64,000 bases of DNA from Macrostomum lignano (lineage: Eukaryota). Shown here in pieces: positions 30,415 through 43,557 of the stretch. The stretch covers positions 372,001 through 436,000 of the forward strand of contig NIVC01000422.1 of assembly GCA_002269645.1 (NCBI GenBank). The letters run 5' to 3'. Below the pieces are notes generated by a model. The model saw nothing but the letters and a program-made list of their open reading frames with translations, was not told the DNA's origin and did no database searches. The translations under genes were made by a program, and so were the position numbers. How positions within the stretch are numbered: the first letter of the stretch is position 1; each line of letters opens with the position of its first letter.

Positions 30415-33400
30415 TCACGGCTCCTCAGCAGCAGCCGAGAATCTGGTGAGAGAGTTCGCCATCCTGCGTCTCGGTTGCCCGTTCTCAGCGACCAGCTTCA
30501 GGCCGGGTACTGAGAACACCGAATCAGCTGAGGGCAGTGGGCGGGGGTTGGTCTGCGTGTGCTTTTTGAAACTGCCGACTGTTGCCTAAAGACCAGCTCG
30601 ATAAATTCGCCCATTAACTAATAGCGTCACTCATTAAGCTATAGACTCACTCATCGAATTACTCATAAACTCACTCATCGAATTACTCATTAACTCACCC
30701 ATCGAATTACTCATAAACTCACTCATGAAGTCACTCGTAAACTCACTCATGAATCACTCATAAACTCACTCATGAAGTCACTCGTAAACTCACTCATGAA
30801 TCATTCATAAAATCACTCATGAAATCACTCATAAAATCACTCATGAACTCACTCATAAAATCACTCATGAACACTCACTCATAAAATCACTCATGAATCA
30901 CTCAAAAACTCACTCATGAAATCAGTCATAAACTCACGCATGAATCACTCATAAACTCACTCATGAAATCAGTCATAAACTCACTCATGAATCACTCAAA
31001 AACTCACTCATGAGTCACTCATAAACTCACTCATCGAATTACTCATAAACTCACTCATGAATCACTCATAAACTCACTCATGAATCACTCATAAACTCAC
31101 TCATGAAATCAGTCATAAACTCACTCATGAATCACTCATAAACTCACTCATGAATCACTCATAAACTCACTCATGAATCACTCATGAAATCACTCTTGAA
31201 CTCACTCATGAACTCACTCATGAACTCACTCATGAACTCACTCATGAACTCACTCATGAACTCACTCATGAACTCACTCATGAACTCACTCATGAACTCA
31301 CTCATGAACTCACTCATGAATCACTCATAGAATCACTCATGAATCCCTCATAAAGTCACTCATGAGATCATTCGGAACTCTACTACTGAACTCAGTCACA
31401 ACTATCTCACTCTCGCACACCCCATTCCCTCACTGGGCTGCAGCCGGTGCAGGCAGTCCGGCAGGCAGTCAAAGTACGGATGCCGCAGCGCCTCAGCGGC
31501 GGTGCAGCGCAGCTCCGGCCGGAGCTGCAGGCAGGCGCGGGCCAGCGAGTCGGCGTGGGCGATGGACAGCAGGCGTGGCACCAGGCGGTGCAGGCGGCCG
31601 CCAGTGGACCCGATCGGTGCCACCCGACGCTGAGGCGACAGCAGCAGCTGCTGCTTGAGTTCTTGCCGTTGCTGCTGCTGCTGCTGTTGTTGTTGTTGCT
31701 GCTGTTGCTGCTGCTGCTGCTGCTCCTCAGTTGGCTGAGCCGGTTTCAGTCGAGCCCATCCGGGCAGTGACGTCACTTCCGGCCAGACTTTCTCTGTGGG
31801 CTGGCCGGTCACCTGCGTGACGCGATTTGGCTTGGCTTAGCATAGTGTGAGTGGGTGAGTCGCTTTTGCAGCTGTTAGTGGTCAAGTAGATAAAGTAGGT
31901 CGATAGATGAGTTAATTTACTGTCAAGTAAAAAGTAAGTAGATAAGGTAGCTACAGTAGATAGGGTAGCTACGGTAGATAGGGTAGCTTCAGTAGATAAG
32001 GAAGCTTCAGTGGATAGAGTAGCTCTAGTAGATAAGGCAGCTTCAGTAGTAAATGAAACTTTAGTGGATAGGGTAGCTAAAGTAGATAGGGTAGCTAAAG
32101 TAGATAGGGTAGATACAGTAGATAGGGTAGCTCTAGTAGATAAGGTAGCTACAGTAGTAAATGTAACTTCAGTGGATAGGGTAGCTACAGTAGATAGGGT
32201 TGCTTCAGTAGATAAGGTAGCTACAGTAGATAGAGTAGCTTCAGTAGATAGGGTAGCTACAGTAGATAGGGTAGCTACAGTAGATAGGGTAGCTTCAGTA
32301 GATAGGGTAGCTACAGTAGATAGGGTAGCTACAGTAGATAGGGTAGCTTCAGTAGATAGGGTAGCTACAGTAGATAGGGTAGCTACAGTAGATAGGGTAG
32401 CTACAGTAGATAGGCTAGCTACAGTAGATAGGGTAGCTTCAGTAGATAGGGTAGCTACAGTAGATAGGGTAGCTTCAGTAGATAGGGTAGCTTCAGTAGA
32501 TAGGGTAGCTACAGTAGATAGGGTAGCTTCAGTAGATAGGGTTGCTTCAGTAGATAGGGCAGCTTCAGTAGATAGGGTAGCTACAGTAGATAGGGTAGCT
32601 TCAGTAGATAGGGTTGCTTCAGTAGATAGGGTAGCTTCAGTAGATAGGGTAGCTTCAGTAGATAGGGTAGCTTCAGTAGATAGGGTAGCTACAGTAGATA
32701 GGGTAGCTACAGTAGATAGGCTAGCTACAGTAGATAGGGTAGCTTCAGTAGATAGGGTAGCTACAGTAGATAGGGTAGCTTCAGTAGATAGGGTAGCTTC
32801 AGTAGATAGGGTAGCTACAGTAGATAGGGTAGCTTCAGTAGATAGGGCAGCTTCAGTAGATAGGGTAGCTACAGTAGATAGGGTAGCTTCAGTAGATAGG
32901 GTTGCTTCAGTAGATAGGGTAGCTTCAGTAAATAGGGTAGCTTCAGTAGATAGGGTAGCTTCAGTAGATAGGGTAGCTACAGTAGATAGGGTTGCTACAG
33001 TAGATAGGCTAGCTACAGTAGATAGGGTAGCTTCAGTAGATAGGGTAGCTACAGTAGATAGGGTAGCTTCAGTAGATAGGGTAGCTTCAGTAGATAGGGT
33101 AGCTACAGTAGATAGGCTAGCTACAGTAGATAGGGTAGCTTCAGTAGATAGGGTAGCTTCAGTAGATAGGGTAGCTACAGTAGGTAGGGTAGCTACAGTA
33201 GATAGGGTAGCTTCAATAGATAGGGTAGCTACAATAGATAGGGTAGCTTCAGTAGATAGGGTAGCTTCAGTAGATAGGGTAGCTTCAGTAGATAGGGTAG
33301 CTTCAGTAGATAGGGTAGCTACAGTAGATAGGGTAGCTTCAATAGATAGGGTAGCTACAGTAGATAGGGTAGCTTCAGTAGATAGGGTAGCTACAGTAGA

Positions 33401-36400
33401 TAGGGCAGCTTCAGTAGATAGGGTAGCTTCAGTAGATAGGGTAGCTTCAGTAGATAGGGTAGCTACAGTAGATAGGGCAGCTTCAGTAGATAGGGTAGCT
33501 ACAGTAGATAGGGCAGCTTCAGTAGATAGGGTAGCTTCAGTAGATAGGGTAGCTTCAGTAGATAGGGTAGCTACAGTAGATAGGGTAGCTACAGTAGATA
33601 GGGTAGCTTCAGTAGATAGGGTAGCTACAGTAGATAGGGTAGCTTCAGTAGATAGGGTAGCTACAGTAGATAGGCTAGCTACAGTAGATAGGGTAGCTAC
33701 AGTAGATAGGGTAGCTGCAGTAGATAGGGTAGCTACAGTAGATAGGGTAGCTACAGTAGATAGGGTAGCTACAGTAGATAGGCTAGCTACAGTAGATAGG
33801 GTAGCTACAGTAGATAGGGTAGCTTCAGTAGATAGGGTAGCTTCAGTAGATAGGGTAGCTACAGTAGATAGGGTAGCTACAGTAAATAGGGTAGCTTCAG
33901 TAGATAGGGTAGCTACAGTAGATAGGGTAGATAGGGTATAAGAGTAGCCACAGTATATAGGATAGCTTCAGTAGACAAGGTAGCTACAGTAGATAGGGTA
34001 GATAGGGTATAAGAGTAGCCACAGTATATAGGATAGCTTCAGTAGACAAGGTAGCTACAGTAGATAGGGTAGATAGGGTATAAGAGTAGCCACAGTATAT
34101 AGGATAGTTTCAGTAGACAAGGTAGCTACAGTAGAAAATGTACCGTCAGTAGATAGGGTAGAGATAGTAGGTAAAGTAGCTACTACAGTCAATGAGGTGG
34201 CTACGGTAGATAAAATAGCTGTAGCCAACGCAGACAAGCTCAGGTCTACCTAAAATATTTAGATAAAGTAGCTACAGAAGATAAAGAGCCAAAGTGCACC
34301 AGGTAGCCAAAGTAGACAGGCTTAGCTCTACCTTGAAGATTTTCTTCAGCTGATCCTCCGCAGTCCTGGCTCCCGGAAACAGCGGCGACCCGCTCAGCAT
34401 CTCGGCGTGGATGCAGCCGACTGCCCACAGATCCAGGGAGCCCGCATAGGTGGTGCTGCCTAGCAACACCTCCGGCGGCCGGTACCACAGGGTGACAATC
34501 TCGGAGCTGTAGGATCTGCTGGGAACTGTTTGAGCTCGGGCCAGACCGAAATCGGCCAATTTCAATTCGCCAATAGCTGAGATTAACAAATTTTGCGGCT
34601 TTAAATCGCGGTGCAAAATGCGACGTTTATGACAGAAATCCAGACCGCGGAGCAGTTGGAATAGGAACAGCTGAAAGGGGTGTACACAAACTGTGCTCAG
34701 CTTGATTAGCTGAGACTATACTCAAACTCGATTACCTGACAATAGTAACACTCGATTACTCTTACTGTGATCAAAGCTGATTTACCAGCATGTTAGCTTA
34801 AACATCTACCTATAATTCATCTCACCTTCGCATTGTGAGACCTTAATCCTGTCCGATGCTGTTCCATGTACTTGGACAAATCCATGGGCTAAAAAAGATA
34901 AGGATAAGCGCAGTAGATACTCGTTTATTAAGCTTTTATAATTAAACACGGATAGCTATAAGTCAATGCTCACCACAAATTCGAACACAAAAGTTAAATT
35001 TGTACTGGTGTGAACAATGTCGTGTAGGGTGACAATGTTGGCGTGCTTGAGGCCTTTCAGCAAAGAGGCTGCAATGAGATTAAAATACTTGAACATTACA
35101 CCAGGATATGCTATAATACTACACCCAGGTGTGCTAGAATATTACACCTGGATGTACTAGAATACGTACCACTCGAGAAGTTACCCAGACCATCACACCA
35201 GAGTTGGGCTTTTCTGATGACAGAATTCTTAAAGGACACGGCTAAATGTTCTTTTAGCTCGTATTTAATTAACCCTCCAGATTTTGTTTTACATTGTCAA
35301 AGGTTCTTAGCTACTCAGCCAACCAGTAATTACTACTTTAAACACTACAAACTTGAAGCAACGGAGCTACACAAATGCCATAAAGTCACCTTCTCGTATG
35401 GCAGTAAACGGGGTACCCTCATCGTGCTGCAGCCTGATGTCTTTGAGAGCCACGACCGAATTTGTGACGCTGAAATTACAGTAGGAAGTTAATCAAATTG
35501 CTTATCTCATCGTTATACGATTAAATGAATCGTAATTAAATTTTTAGTAGTTAGGGCGTAAAATTAACCACCGGAATGAAGCCCGAAGTCCAAAACACCT
35601 CTGCCAAATCAGGGAGCAGAGCAACTCAACGGTAAACGCGTCTGACTATTGCGCCACGACCCAGGTGGTTCAATTATTCCGTGCGCGGCTGCATCCATTT
35701 GGGACTTTGATAATGCAAAACCAAATAACAGCAAATACTGTATGGTGGCTTCGACTTAAACCCTTCGACTTAAAATACGATGAAACGCGCACAATTAATG
35801 CAAAGTTGCCGATTTTCCTATCGATCTAATGCAACTGTGGCTACACAGATTATTCTTGTCCCAAGTTTGTCAACCGTAAAATCCCATTTGATGCAATGCA
35901 ATAAAAAGAACAGATTGTACTGTAGATTTTATCCAGCTTTAAAAAACTCGTTGACCAAACCTTCGATCAAACATGCACTAGATTTACGATCCATAGATCC
36001 TAGATATCCATACTGGAAGTCCTAGGTGAGATTGCTGAGATTCCACGGCCTATAGGGGTATTGTTGAGGTGTCAAGGGTCAATTGGAAGCTGTTGGCAGG
36101 CCAAGCCAGAGGGTTAAGCCATGACTTAAAGGGAGGTTTTGATGCTAAAGCCCAAAGGGGGTGCTGATTGTAGTTTATGTCGTTTATGTAGCAGATTGCT
36201 AGTCTTGTGCTAAAAACTAACAACTTCAAATATGGTTTTTATAGAACGCGAGCTTTACGTCCTGATGCCACGGTTATTTTCTAGTGGTACTTGGATACTT
36301 CTGGCTTCATTCCGGTGTCCTAAGCTGACATTTCATTTGGCTTTATTCAGAGTCTCAGCGGCTCACAGTGAGACGCCCTTGTACACAGTGGCGTAACTGC

Positions 36401-39400
36401 CTTCGCCCATGGCCTCAAGCCACTGATACGAATTCGAACGGCCAAACGCAGCCAAAGGTTGGCACCGGCGATTGCTTTTGGTCTTGTCCGAATTAGCAGC
36501 GGCATCGACGGTTGGTGTCCTTGATGCTGCCGACGTCAAAGCCGCAGCACCGCTAGAAGAGATCGCGCCAGTTGAACCAACCACAATGGTGCTGACCGAC
36601 TGGTGACGGCGAATCTGCAGGGCGCTGCTGCGTCTGGCAAAGTCTGGCGGTGTGTTTTAAAACGTTGAATGAATCAGTTGATATTCTGAATGCCATATTT
36701 CAGCGAATATGTCATTATTTCTACTCGCAAGTAAGTAGTATATTGCTCTTATCAGTCGAGTTGATAATTAAGCCGATCAAGTGGAAAATCCCCATTTAAT
36801 TCCACAGAACTGCACTCGGCCATAGACAATCGAGCGAATCAAGCTGATAAAAAGTCTGGACGCAGCGCAAAAACCTCGGGGTTAAGACCATAGACTGTAG
36901 CTTCTGCTACTCTCAAGCATTAACAACAGCTCTAGTGTCTGTGGCCATAACCCCGGAGTTTTCGAGGCCTTAGAGACGGCCGCTAAATACCTTAGAGAAT
37001 GCTGGAGTGACATATCTAGGTAATGTAGACTCTGTGGTGGAAACGATAAACAATGGCTGAAATTTCAGGGCATTCCGAAAAACATGGAAGTTCTTGATTT
37101 TCATTAGTGAAGTTTTTTATACTTTTAAACCGAGTTTCACTTTAAACTTTTAAACCAAAAAGAAAAAAAAACTCTTCAACTCACATTGAAAAAACTTTTG
37201 TCTTTGTCGACTGGAGGCCGTGTCCTGAACCTGACCGGTGTCGCCAGGTGAGCAGTCTTTGTGAGGAGTTGCGCTGGTGACTCTCTGAGTTGGCTGCGCC
37301 TGACCATCTGACAGACAGGCGGCGAACAGACTCTGTTTGGTTGGATGCGAAGGTTCAGATTGATGTTGGAGACTGCAGTCAACGGCAACTATTAGAGAAT
37401 ATTGAGGTTTTAACTAAGTTGTCCATTATAGAACCTGTCAATTTTACGCCCTGATACAACGCTCATGTTCGAGTGAAAGTTCTAGAGTCCAACCCAAAGT
37501 GAACCGTTATAGAAGCTGTTCGGAGCGTTTGAAAGACTAATTAAGCCCTCTTAAATATTAGGAATAATAATAATATTATGAATAATATTATTATTGATTA
37601 CACCTGCCCCAATTGGGCAGATGTGCAACCGACAGCTCAGCCCCAGCTATTGCGAGGCTTCAACTACCCCAGCTAATACTGGCACCCATTTTACAGCTGG
37701 GTGAACTAAAGCAATACCAAATATCGCCGAAACAATTACCAAAGTACTATTTTAGTATAAAAAAACAAGCAAGGTAGTTATTTTTTCTGTACCTATCTGC
37801 AAAATAAATTAGTCACAAACGCCCTGTGACTAACGTCAACGGCTCGTAAGAAGACAGTTTCATATAAAGTACATATTCAACCCCTAGACTTCAACCCCTA
37901 TATGTCTCGACAGGCATGACTGATTTTTACTGACACACCAGGTCTGAAAAAACTTTGCAGTTACTCATTGGTTTCACTAATTCTCGTAGGCATTTAGCTT
38001 ACGTTCAAAATCTTCAAATGATAGATAGAGTACCTGGTTTGGGTTCAAGGTATTTTATCCGGCTACCGAGATACAGTAGTATAGAATCGACAATCTGATC
38101 CACTTTCTATCCCTTGGTTTAATTAATGAAGTTTGCCTAAGAAACGCCGCTAAGGCACGCTCGACAAGCAGGTACAGCAGTTGATATGGTAAGCTAAATT
38201 CTTTATCATACTGGTATCATATCCGCTGCCAGGAACTCTCTCTTTCTCCACTGTCCGTTTGCTTCGGGAAAAGCCGGCTAGCGTAGATGCCTTTGCAGTG
38301 GCTGTGGCTTCTGCAGCATGTCTACAGTCAAAGAAAATTTAGACCCATGGTCAGTTGAAGACATGGTTTAGAGGAGAGAAGAAAGGATCGGGGAAGGGAT
38401 AACTTACCTTCCTGGCCTTGCCCAGACCGAAAAATGGGAACGCAAGTAGAGAAAGGGGTAGGCTGAAAAAGGATAGAAAAAAGTTCAGCTGTGTTGCACG
38501 ATTTGGGCAACAAGCGATGGCGTTTCCTTAGCCCAGCAACACGCATCAGTCTTGTATCTTGCCTGTGCGGACTTCTTCTACCATAACATATTAGTTCGTA
38601 TAGCAAATTTCGTCAAGAATGTTTTTGACAACAAAAGTTAACAATTTCTAGTTCTACATTCTTTAGTGCATGTAGTTAAACTACCTAACGCAAATGCTGC
38701 GTATTTTCATTATGTAACTCATCTACATTCTAAACAAGTGCATAGTAGTAAAGTGCTCAGGAGAGTCAGCCTAATGAACTGAGTTGCCCCATCTCTAGTT
38801 ATGGGACGATGTCGCCTCAGAGCTCGCACAGACTCAAGAAGATCTTCTTGAAAACGAAGATTAGATATCTGCAGGCTATAAGGAGCCAGTGTAATTTGAA
38901 GTTACCCAACGCTACAAGAACTCCAAGTTTGAGCGTACTTGCAGGTGCATAGGAGAGTGAAATATCTCGAAGTGCTGATTAACAAGCTGCAATTGCTGTC
39001 CTAATTACATGGTCTTATTAGCAATATCTGGCACAGAGGAACACGGCACCGCGTCTATTTTGTTTGAGACGGGATCCCAGGCGCTTTGCTTCTCAAAGAA
39101 GCCTGCTAAAACACAGTGAAAAGTGGCTCAGAAACAGGCTATTTTTGCAGAGAGGGTTTCTCTCCTCTGCTCTGGCAGATCTCTCAGCGACTTTGTCAGT
39201 TTCCTCAAGCATCGCAATTAATTGAACGCGTGTTGCCGGTAAAAAGACCCCGGAGTGAACATCGAATCAGTCTCTGATATGGGTAACACTGCATGGTTAA
39301 CAAGGAGGAAATGCTGGGGATAGTTCCACAGTGAGTAAAGACATCGAGCGAACTACATGCAATGAAATTGCTAGATGTCCTTCAGCTCTTTTAGCTAGTA

Positions 39401-40635
39401 TGAAAACTTTTTATTAAAATGAACCTACTATGTCAACGTATTAGTTTGAGGCTTCGTGATATCTCAATCTGACAAAAATATGAAACCTGAACTATTAATT
39501 GAACTCACCGTGGTTGACAGCTGTTTTCCTAGTACTCTGGTTCGCCTCAACCGACGGTTGGCATCGTCCTGACTTGATTGGCTTGTTGCTGTTGACTCTG
39601 CAAGGATAGGAAGCAAAACAAGCTTTATTAGCCAGCTGGGTCAGTGTCACTAATACAGTATGAATATGGGTGTGGTTTATTTTCTGGGTCTCTAAGGCCT
39701 AAAAATAGCGGCCTCGATCAAGGACAGGAGAGCTACCAGCGACAGATTGAGATTTTGTGATAAGGGAAAGACAGGGGTAGGCACAGGAGGGTAGACAGCG
39801 GTTTAAGAATAAGAACTCTGAATGAAGAGTGGAGTGATTGTTTAAAAGTAACAACTCCGGGGAGTGGGGTGGCTATTAAAAATAACAACCACGGGGAATG
39901 GGGTGGCTGTTTAAAAGTAACAACTCCGGGGAGTGGGGTGGCTATTAAAAATAACAACCACGGGGAGTGGGGTGGCTATTAAAAATAACAACCACGGGGA
40001 ATGGGGTGGCTGTTTAAAAGTAACAACTCCGGGGAGTGGGGTGGCTATTAAAAATAACAACCACGGGGAGTGGGGTGGCTGTTTAAAAGTAACAACTCCG
40101 GGGAGTGGGGTGGCTATTAAAAATAACAACCACGGGGAATGGGGTGGCTGTTTAAAAGTAACAACTCCGGGGAGTGGGGTGGCTATTAAAAATAACAACC
40201 ACGGGGAATGGGGTGGCTGTTTAAAAGTAACAACTCTGGAGAGTGGGGTGGCTGTTCTTGAATAACAACTCTGGGGAGTGGGGTGGCTGTTTTCAAAAGC
40301 ACAACAGTGGGGGAGTGGGGTGGCTGTTTTAAAATCTCAACAGTGAGAGTGGGATGGCTGTTTTACGATCTATAATCATACATGCAACCGGGACTGAGCT
40401 TGTGGGGGGGGTAGTATAAATCTCTACCTTCTACTATCTGTGTTAAAACTGATCAACAGGTGACGTCGCGCAAAACCAAATTTTCAATCAGAGCCCTACC
40501 ATCAAAAACTTTATCCTTTGTCTCTCCCTGCTCGTCGTCGTGTTTATTCCTCTTTAACTCAGTCTCGACAGACGTATCCAAGTTGAACTCATCTCGCTCA
40601 GAAGGCATTGACTCGCCGAGCATGCTCCGTGACAT
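30415..40635 (-). CDS. CDK14: PFTAIRE cyclin-dependent kinase (CDK14/15 family), ~581 aa; complement(join(30415..30527,31434..31812,34332..34670,34826..34888,34974..35068,35390..35469,36367..36614,37185..37388,39509..39597,40500..40635)); the three 5' exons and the start are tentative
   Basis: [95 protein letters not shown], and tail [10 protein letters not shown]. All splice phases agree (1746 nt). Confidence 0.92.
30645..31350 (+). repeat. 12-bp minisatellite (actcatgaactc) in the last CDK14 intron
   Basis: Seen directly; reverse-complement relative at 45460-45740. Confidence 0.93.
31945..34200 (+). repeat. 18-bp minisatellite (gtagatagggtagct[ac/tc]a) filling CDK14 intron 31813-34331
   Basis: Seen directly; homogeneous centre, degenerate edges. 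Confidence 0.97.
37605..37715 (+). mobile_element. CORE-SINE (MIR-like) fragment
   Basis: ctggcacccattttacagctgggtgaactaaagc resembles the remembered CORE/MIR consensus (CCCATTTTACAGATGAGGAAACTGAGGC). No tRNA head or tail seen. Confidence 0.45.
39835..40345 (+). repeat. ~69-bp dimeric G-rich minisatellite (two ~33-36 bp related halves) in a 5' CDK14 intron
   Basis: 23-aa period in the ORF track; GGGG-agt-GGGG-t-GG runs. Confidence 0.92.
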
Positions 40636-41942
40636 TGGGTTGAACAACTCGCTCACGGGCCGTCGAGCACTTCTGGTGGCGCTTGACGAGCGTAGAAAGA
40701 AGAATCGTTGATAAGTGGCTGCTACTTGACAGTTTTTGCTGTTGTCGTTGCTGCTGCTGCTGGCTGGCCGGACCTTCTGCCTGCGTGATCCGCCGACTCT
40801 GCGATGGTCTTCGAGGTTGCGCAGTGGATTCTGCGGCAACGGTGGCGGCTGCTGCTGCTGCTGCGATAACTGATGAGCTGTCTGAGACCTTTAAAAATGT
40901 GTCAGAGAATTTTATTGACAGTTGCGAAAAGTTAGACAAGTGTATAGCTCGTCAGACATTTTATATTAAATAACGATGGAAGGTTCCTTAATTATAACAA
41001 AAGGCGCAACTGCATTTGAGCAATCCTTTGTTCTTTCTATCCACTTAGGTCCCCGGAACGTTTTCTTTCTACCTCAAAGAGATAAATTAGAGGCAGGAAA
41101 ACTTGATACAGTAATAGCAATTATTAATTTGCTAATTGATTGCTACGCGTGCATTGCAATGTGCATACACATGTATACAAGCACAGGATTTGAATAAATT
41201 GGAAAAGCAGCTACCTAGCCAACTGTAACTCATCCAACGTAGATAATAATATTCGAATATTAAAAAAACACCAAATTTCCGTAATTACGATAGTAGCTAT
41301 TCAGAAGATAAAATGTATACTTACATTTATATTTAAAATATTCTAGTTTAAAACCGAGACAGATGTACTTTTGTTGCTATTTACATCTAGAATTTTATAT
41401 AACAGAAATATGATATATCTACTATATTTTCAGTTTTGGCGGTCTTGCTTCTGCAAAGAAGTGTACACCACAAAAACGAATTTTGCTGTTTTTAAACACC
41501 AAACGCGTGGAAGACCGCGAAAATTTTATTGCTTTTGAAAACGTGGGAAAACTGACAAACTTTAACAAAATCGATGCATTACTGGATTAAGTCAGCAACT
41601 GTAATCATCTAAACAGAAAAAAACTGTACGTAAAAACAAAAAATAGATGCTTCGGATTTCTTTTAATGAATTTCAATACATTAAAAAACTTAGTATTATA
41701 TTTTCACGAAAAGTCTTCCATTTAGCCTGTAGTATAATAAAGCACATAGATACATATATTTTTATTTATGTTCGGCTGCTTTCAAAGTAAGACTAATCAG
41801 TTTATTTGATAAAGAGCGAAGGTTGATTACATGTACATTATAACAAGTTTATTCTAGCAAAGCCGTTAATTAAATATTTGTTGCTACCGAAGAGATACGT
41901 GTACATGCAAAGATTTTGAACAAATTTATAGCTATAGTTCCA

Positions 41943-42452
41943 TCAGTGCACCGTAGTCCCACCGCTACTCTTCCTGTTTGGACCTCCATCGCCTCCCGTG
42001 GACAAATTTGGCGGGAAACGTCGAAAATGTTGATTAGAGTTGAACAGGCTCGGGTCGCGGCTCTCTCCTAGTCGTTGTTGGGCTGCCAAAGCCTGTAGGA
42101 AACTGCCAAGGCGAGGCTCGGGCCTGCGGAACTTCAGCACAGTCAGGCACAGCAGGAGATGGGCGACTCCGGCCGCGGCAGCGCCAAGTCCGACGTAGCA
42201 CCAGACGCCGAGAGTTCGACTTGATTTTCCCTCTCTGCCGTAGGTGCCAGGCTTTAGCATGACCAAGCTGTCATTGTCGATGTCTCTCAGCAGCAGGGCT
42301 AGAGAGCTGAGACCGCCAAGAATGCAGCCGCAAATTGTCAGAGTGACCGGCGGCATGAGGTGAATATAGCGAAGACAGCGCACCTCGTCACATTCGGCCA
42401 CCAGTTTCTGCTCCTTGTCTTCACTTCGATCGTATTCCAATGTTATTGTCAT
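41943..42452 (-). CDS. Hypothetical two-transmembrane protein, 169 aa, single exon
   Basis: ATG at 42452 and a GC-rich coding-like composition against AT-rich flanks. Two hydrophobic segments (TLTICGCILGGLSSLALLL; VWCYVGLGAAAAGVAHLLLCLTVL). No family recognised. Confidence 0.6.
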   Translation of the reverse strand: MTITLEYDRSEDKEQKLVAECDEVRCLRYIHLMPPVTLTICGCILGGLSSLALLLRDIDNDSLVMLKPGTYGREGKSSRTLGVWCYVGLGAAAAGVAHLLLCLTVLKFRRPEPRLGSFLQALAAQQRLGESRDPSLFNSNQHFRRFPPNLSTGGDGGPNRKSSGGTTVH

Positions 42453-42709
42453 GCTTGTGTAGAATAAAATTGCTTTTCTGACTGTTTTTGACGGCAATAT
42501 GAACAATTGGTAGTTATTATATCGAAATTGAATTGGGATTGGTTGTAAATTAGCTATTGAACAATCTATCAATTTTTAAGCTGAAGCCACGGACTGCTCA
42601 ATAACGGGAAGCTACAAAAGTTGGAGGCCTTCTAATAATATGTTAGTCCTCGAAAAGCATCACCAGGATAGGTTTTTACCATAGAAAAAACTCACTGACG
42701 ACTTCTCTC

Positions 42710-43054
42710 CATGGATGAATGAATAGAATGGATTGCTATTCTGGCTCTGGCTATTTTCGTTTTTGACTCTTTTGCATCTGGTTCCCCCCCGTGCCTTTTC
42801 ATTGGTTGATGATTGCCATAGACAATTTTCGGCCTTCGCCCCTTTCTTTCGATGCACAAGCGCTTTCGCTCGTGTTTTGAAATAAAGGGGGAAGACCTAC
42901 GAGCGCTCGATATTCTCTGCAAGTAACTGACAATTGTCTATGGCAATCATCAACCAATGAAAAGGCACGGGGGGGGGGGGAACCGGATGCAAAAGAGTCA
43001 AAAACGAAAATAGTCAGAGCCAGAATAGCAATCCATTCTATTCATTCATCCATG
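42710..43054. mobile_element. 345-bp MITE (non-autonomous DNA transposon), ~120-bp TIRs, 8-bp TSD (hAT/P-like)
   Basis: Arms 42710-42827 and 42932-43054 are near-perfect reverse complements starting CATGGATGAATG. The identical 8-mer CTTCTCTC flanks both ends (42702-42709, 43055-43062). Confidence 0.88.
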
Positions 43055-43557
43055 CTTCTCTCGCACTTGCAGACCTTTAATTTTTTCTCCTCTTAAATCG
43101 CGTTTTGATGCTCAGAATTCAGTCTTAACATGTAGCAATCGAAAATGCGGTACGCATGCAGTTGTTGCGGCTGCTATTCAATACATTATAATCCGCTTTA
43201 AATATTCATACAGAAGTTCAAGAACGAAAGCAGGAATGCTACTTAGGTCAAAATTAGCTCGATAAAATAAATGTGTTATATTTAAAATGACATTTTCACG
43301 TTTTATTGTACTGCATTTCACGGAAGAATTGACAGTTGCAGATAATGGCACCTATACGGTGCAGTGCAGGCAAGCGTACAACAGCAATTGCTATGCAATT
43401 ATTAGCTTGGCTGCCAATGTCATACAGTGTGTACTTTTACTTAGAGCTGAAGTTGTCAAAAATGAGGTCATACCGGGTGTATGGAGAGTAAAAAAGTGTC
43501 ATGTACATCTGGAATAGCTAAAGTATGTCGACCATTTAGGTATATCGTTACTTTTGC

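Noticed and set aside
32010-33941. 643-aa [15 protein letters not shown] resembling an antifreeze or adhesive repeat protein
   Set aside because: It lies antisense within a CDK14 intron, has no ATG start or signal peptide, and its 18-bp unit is simply stop-free in that frame.
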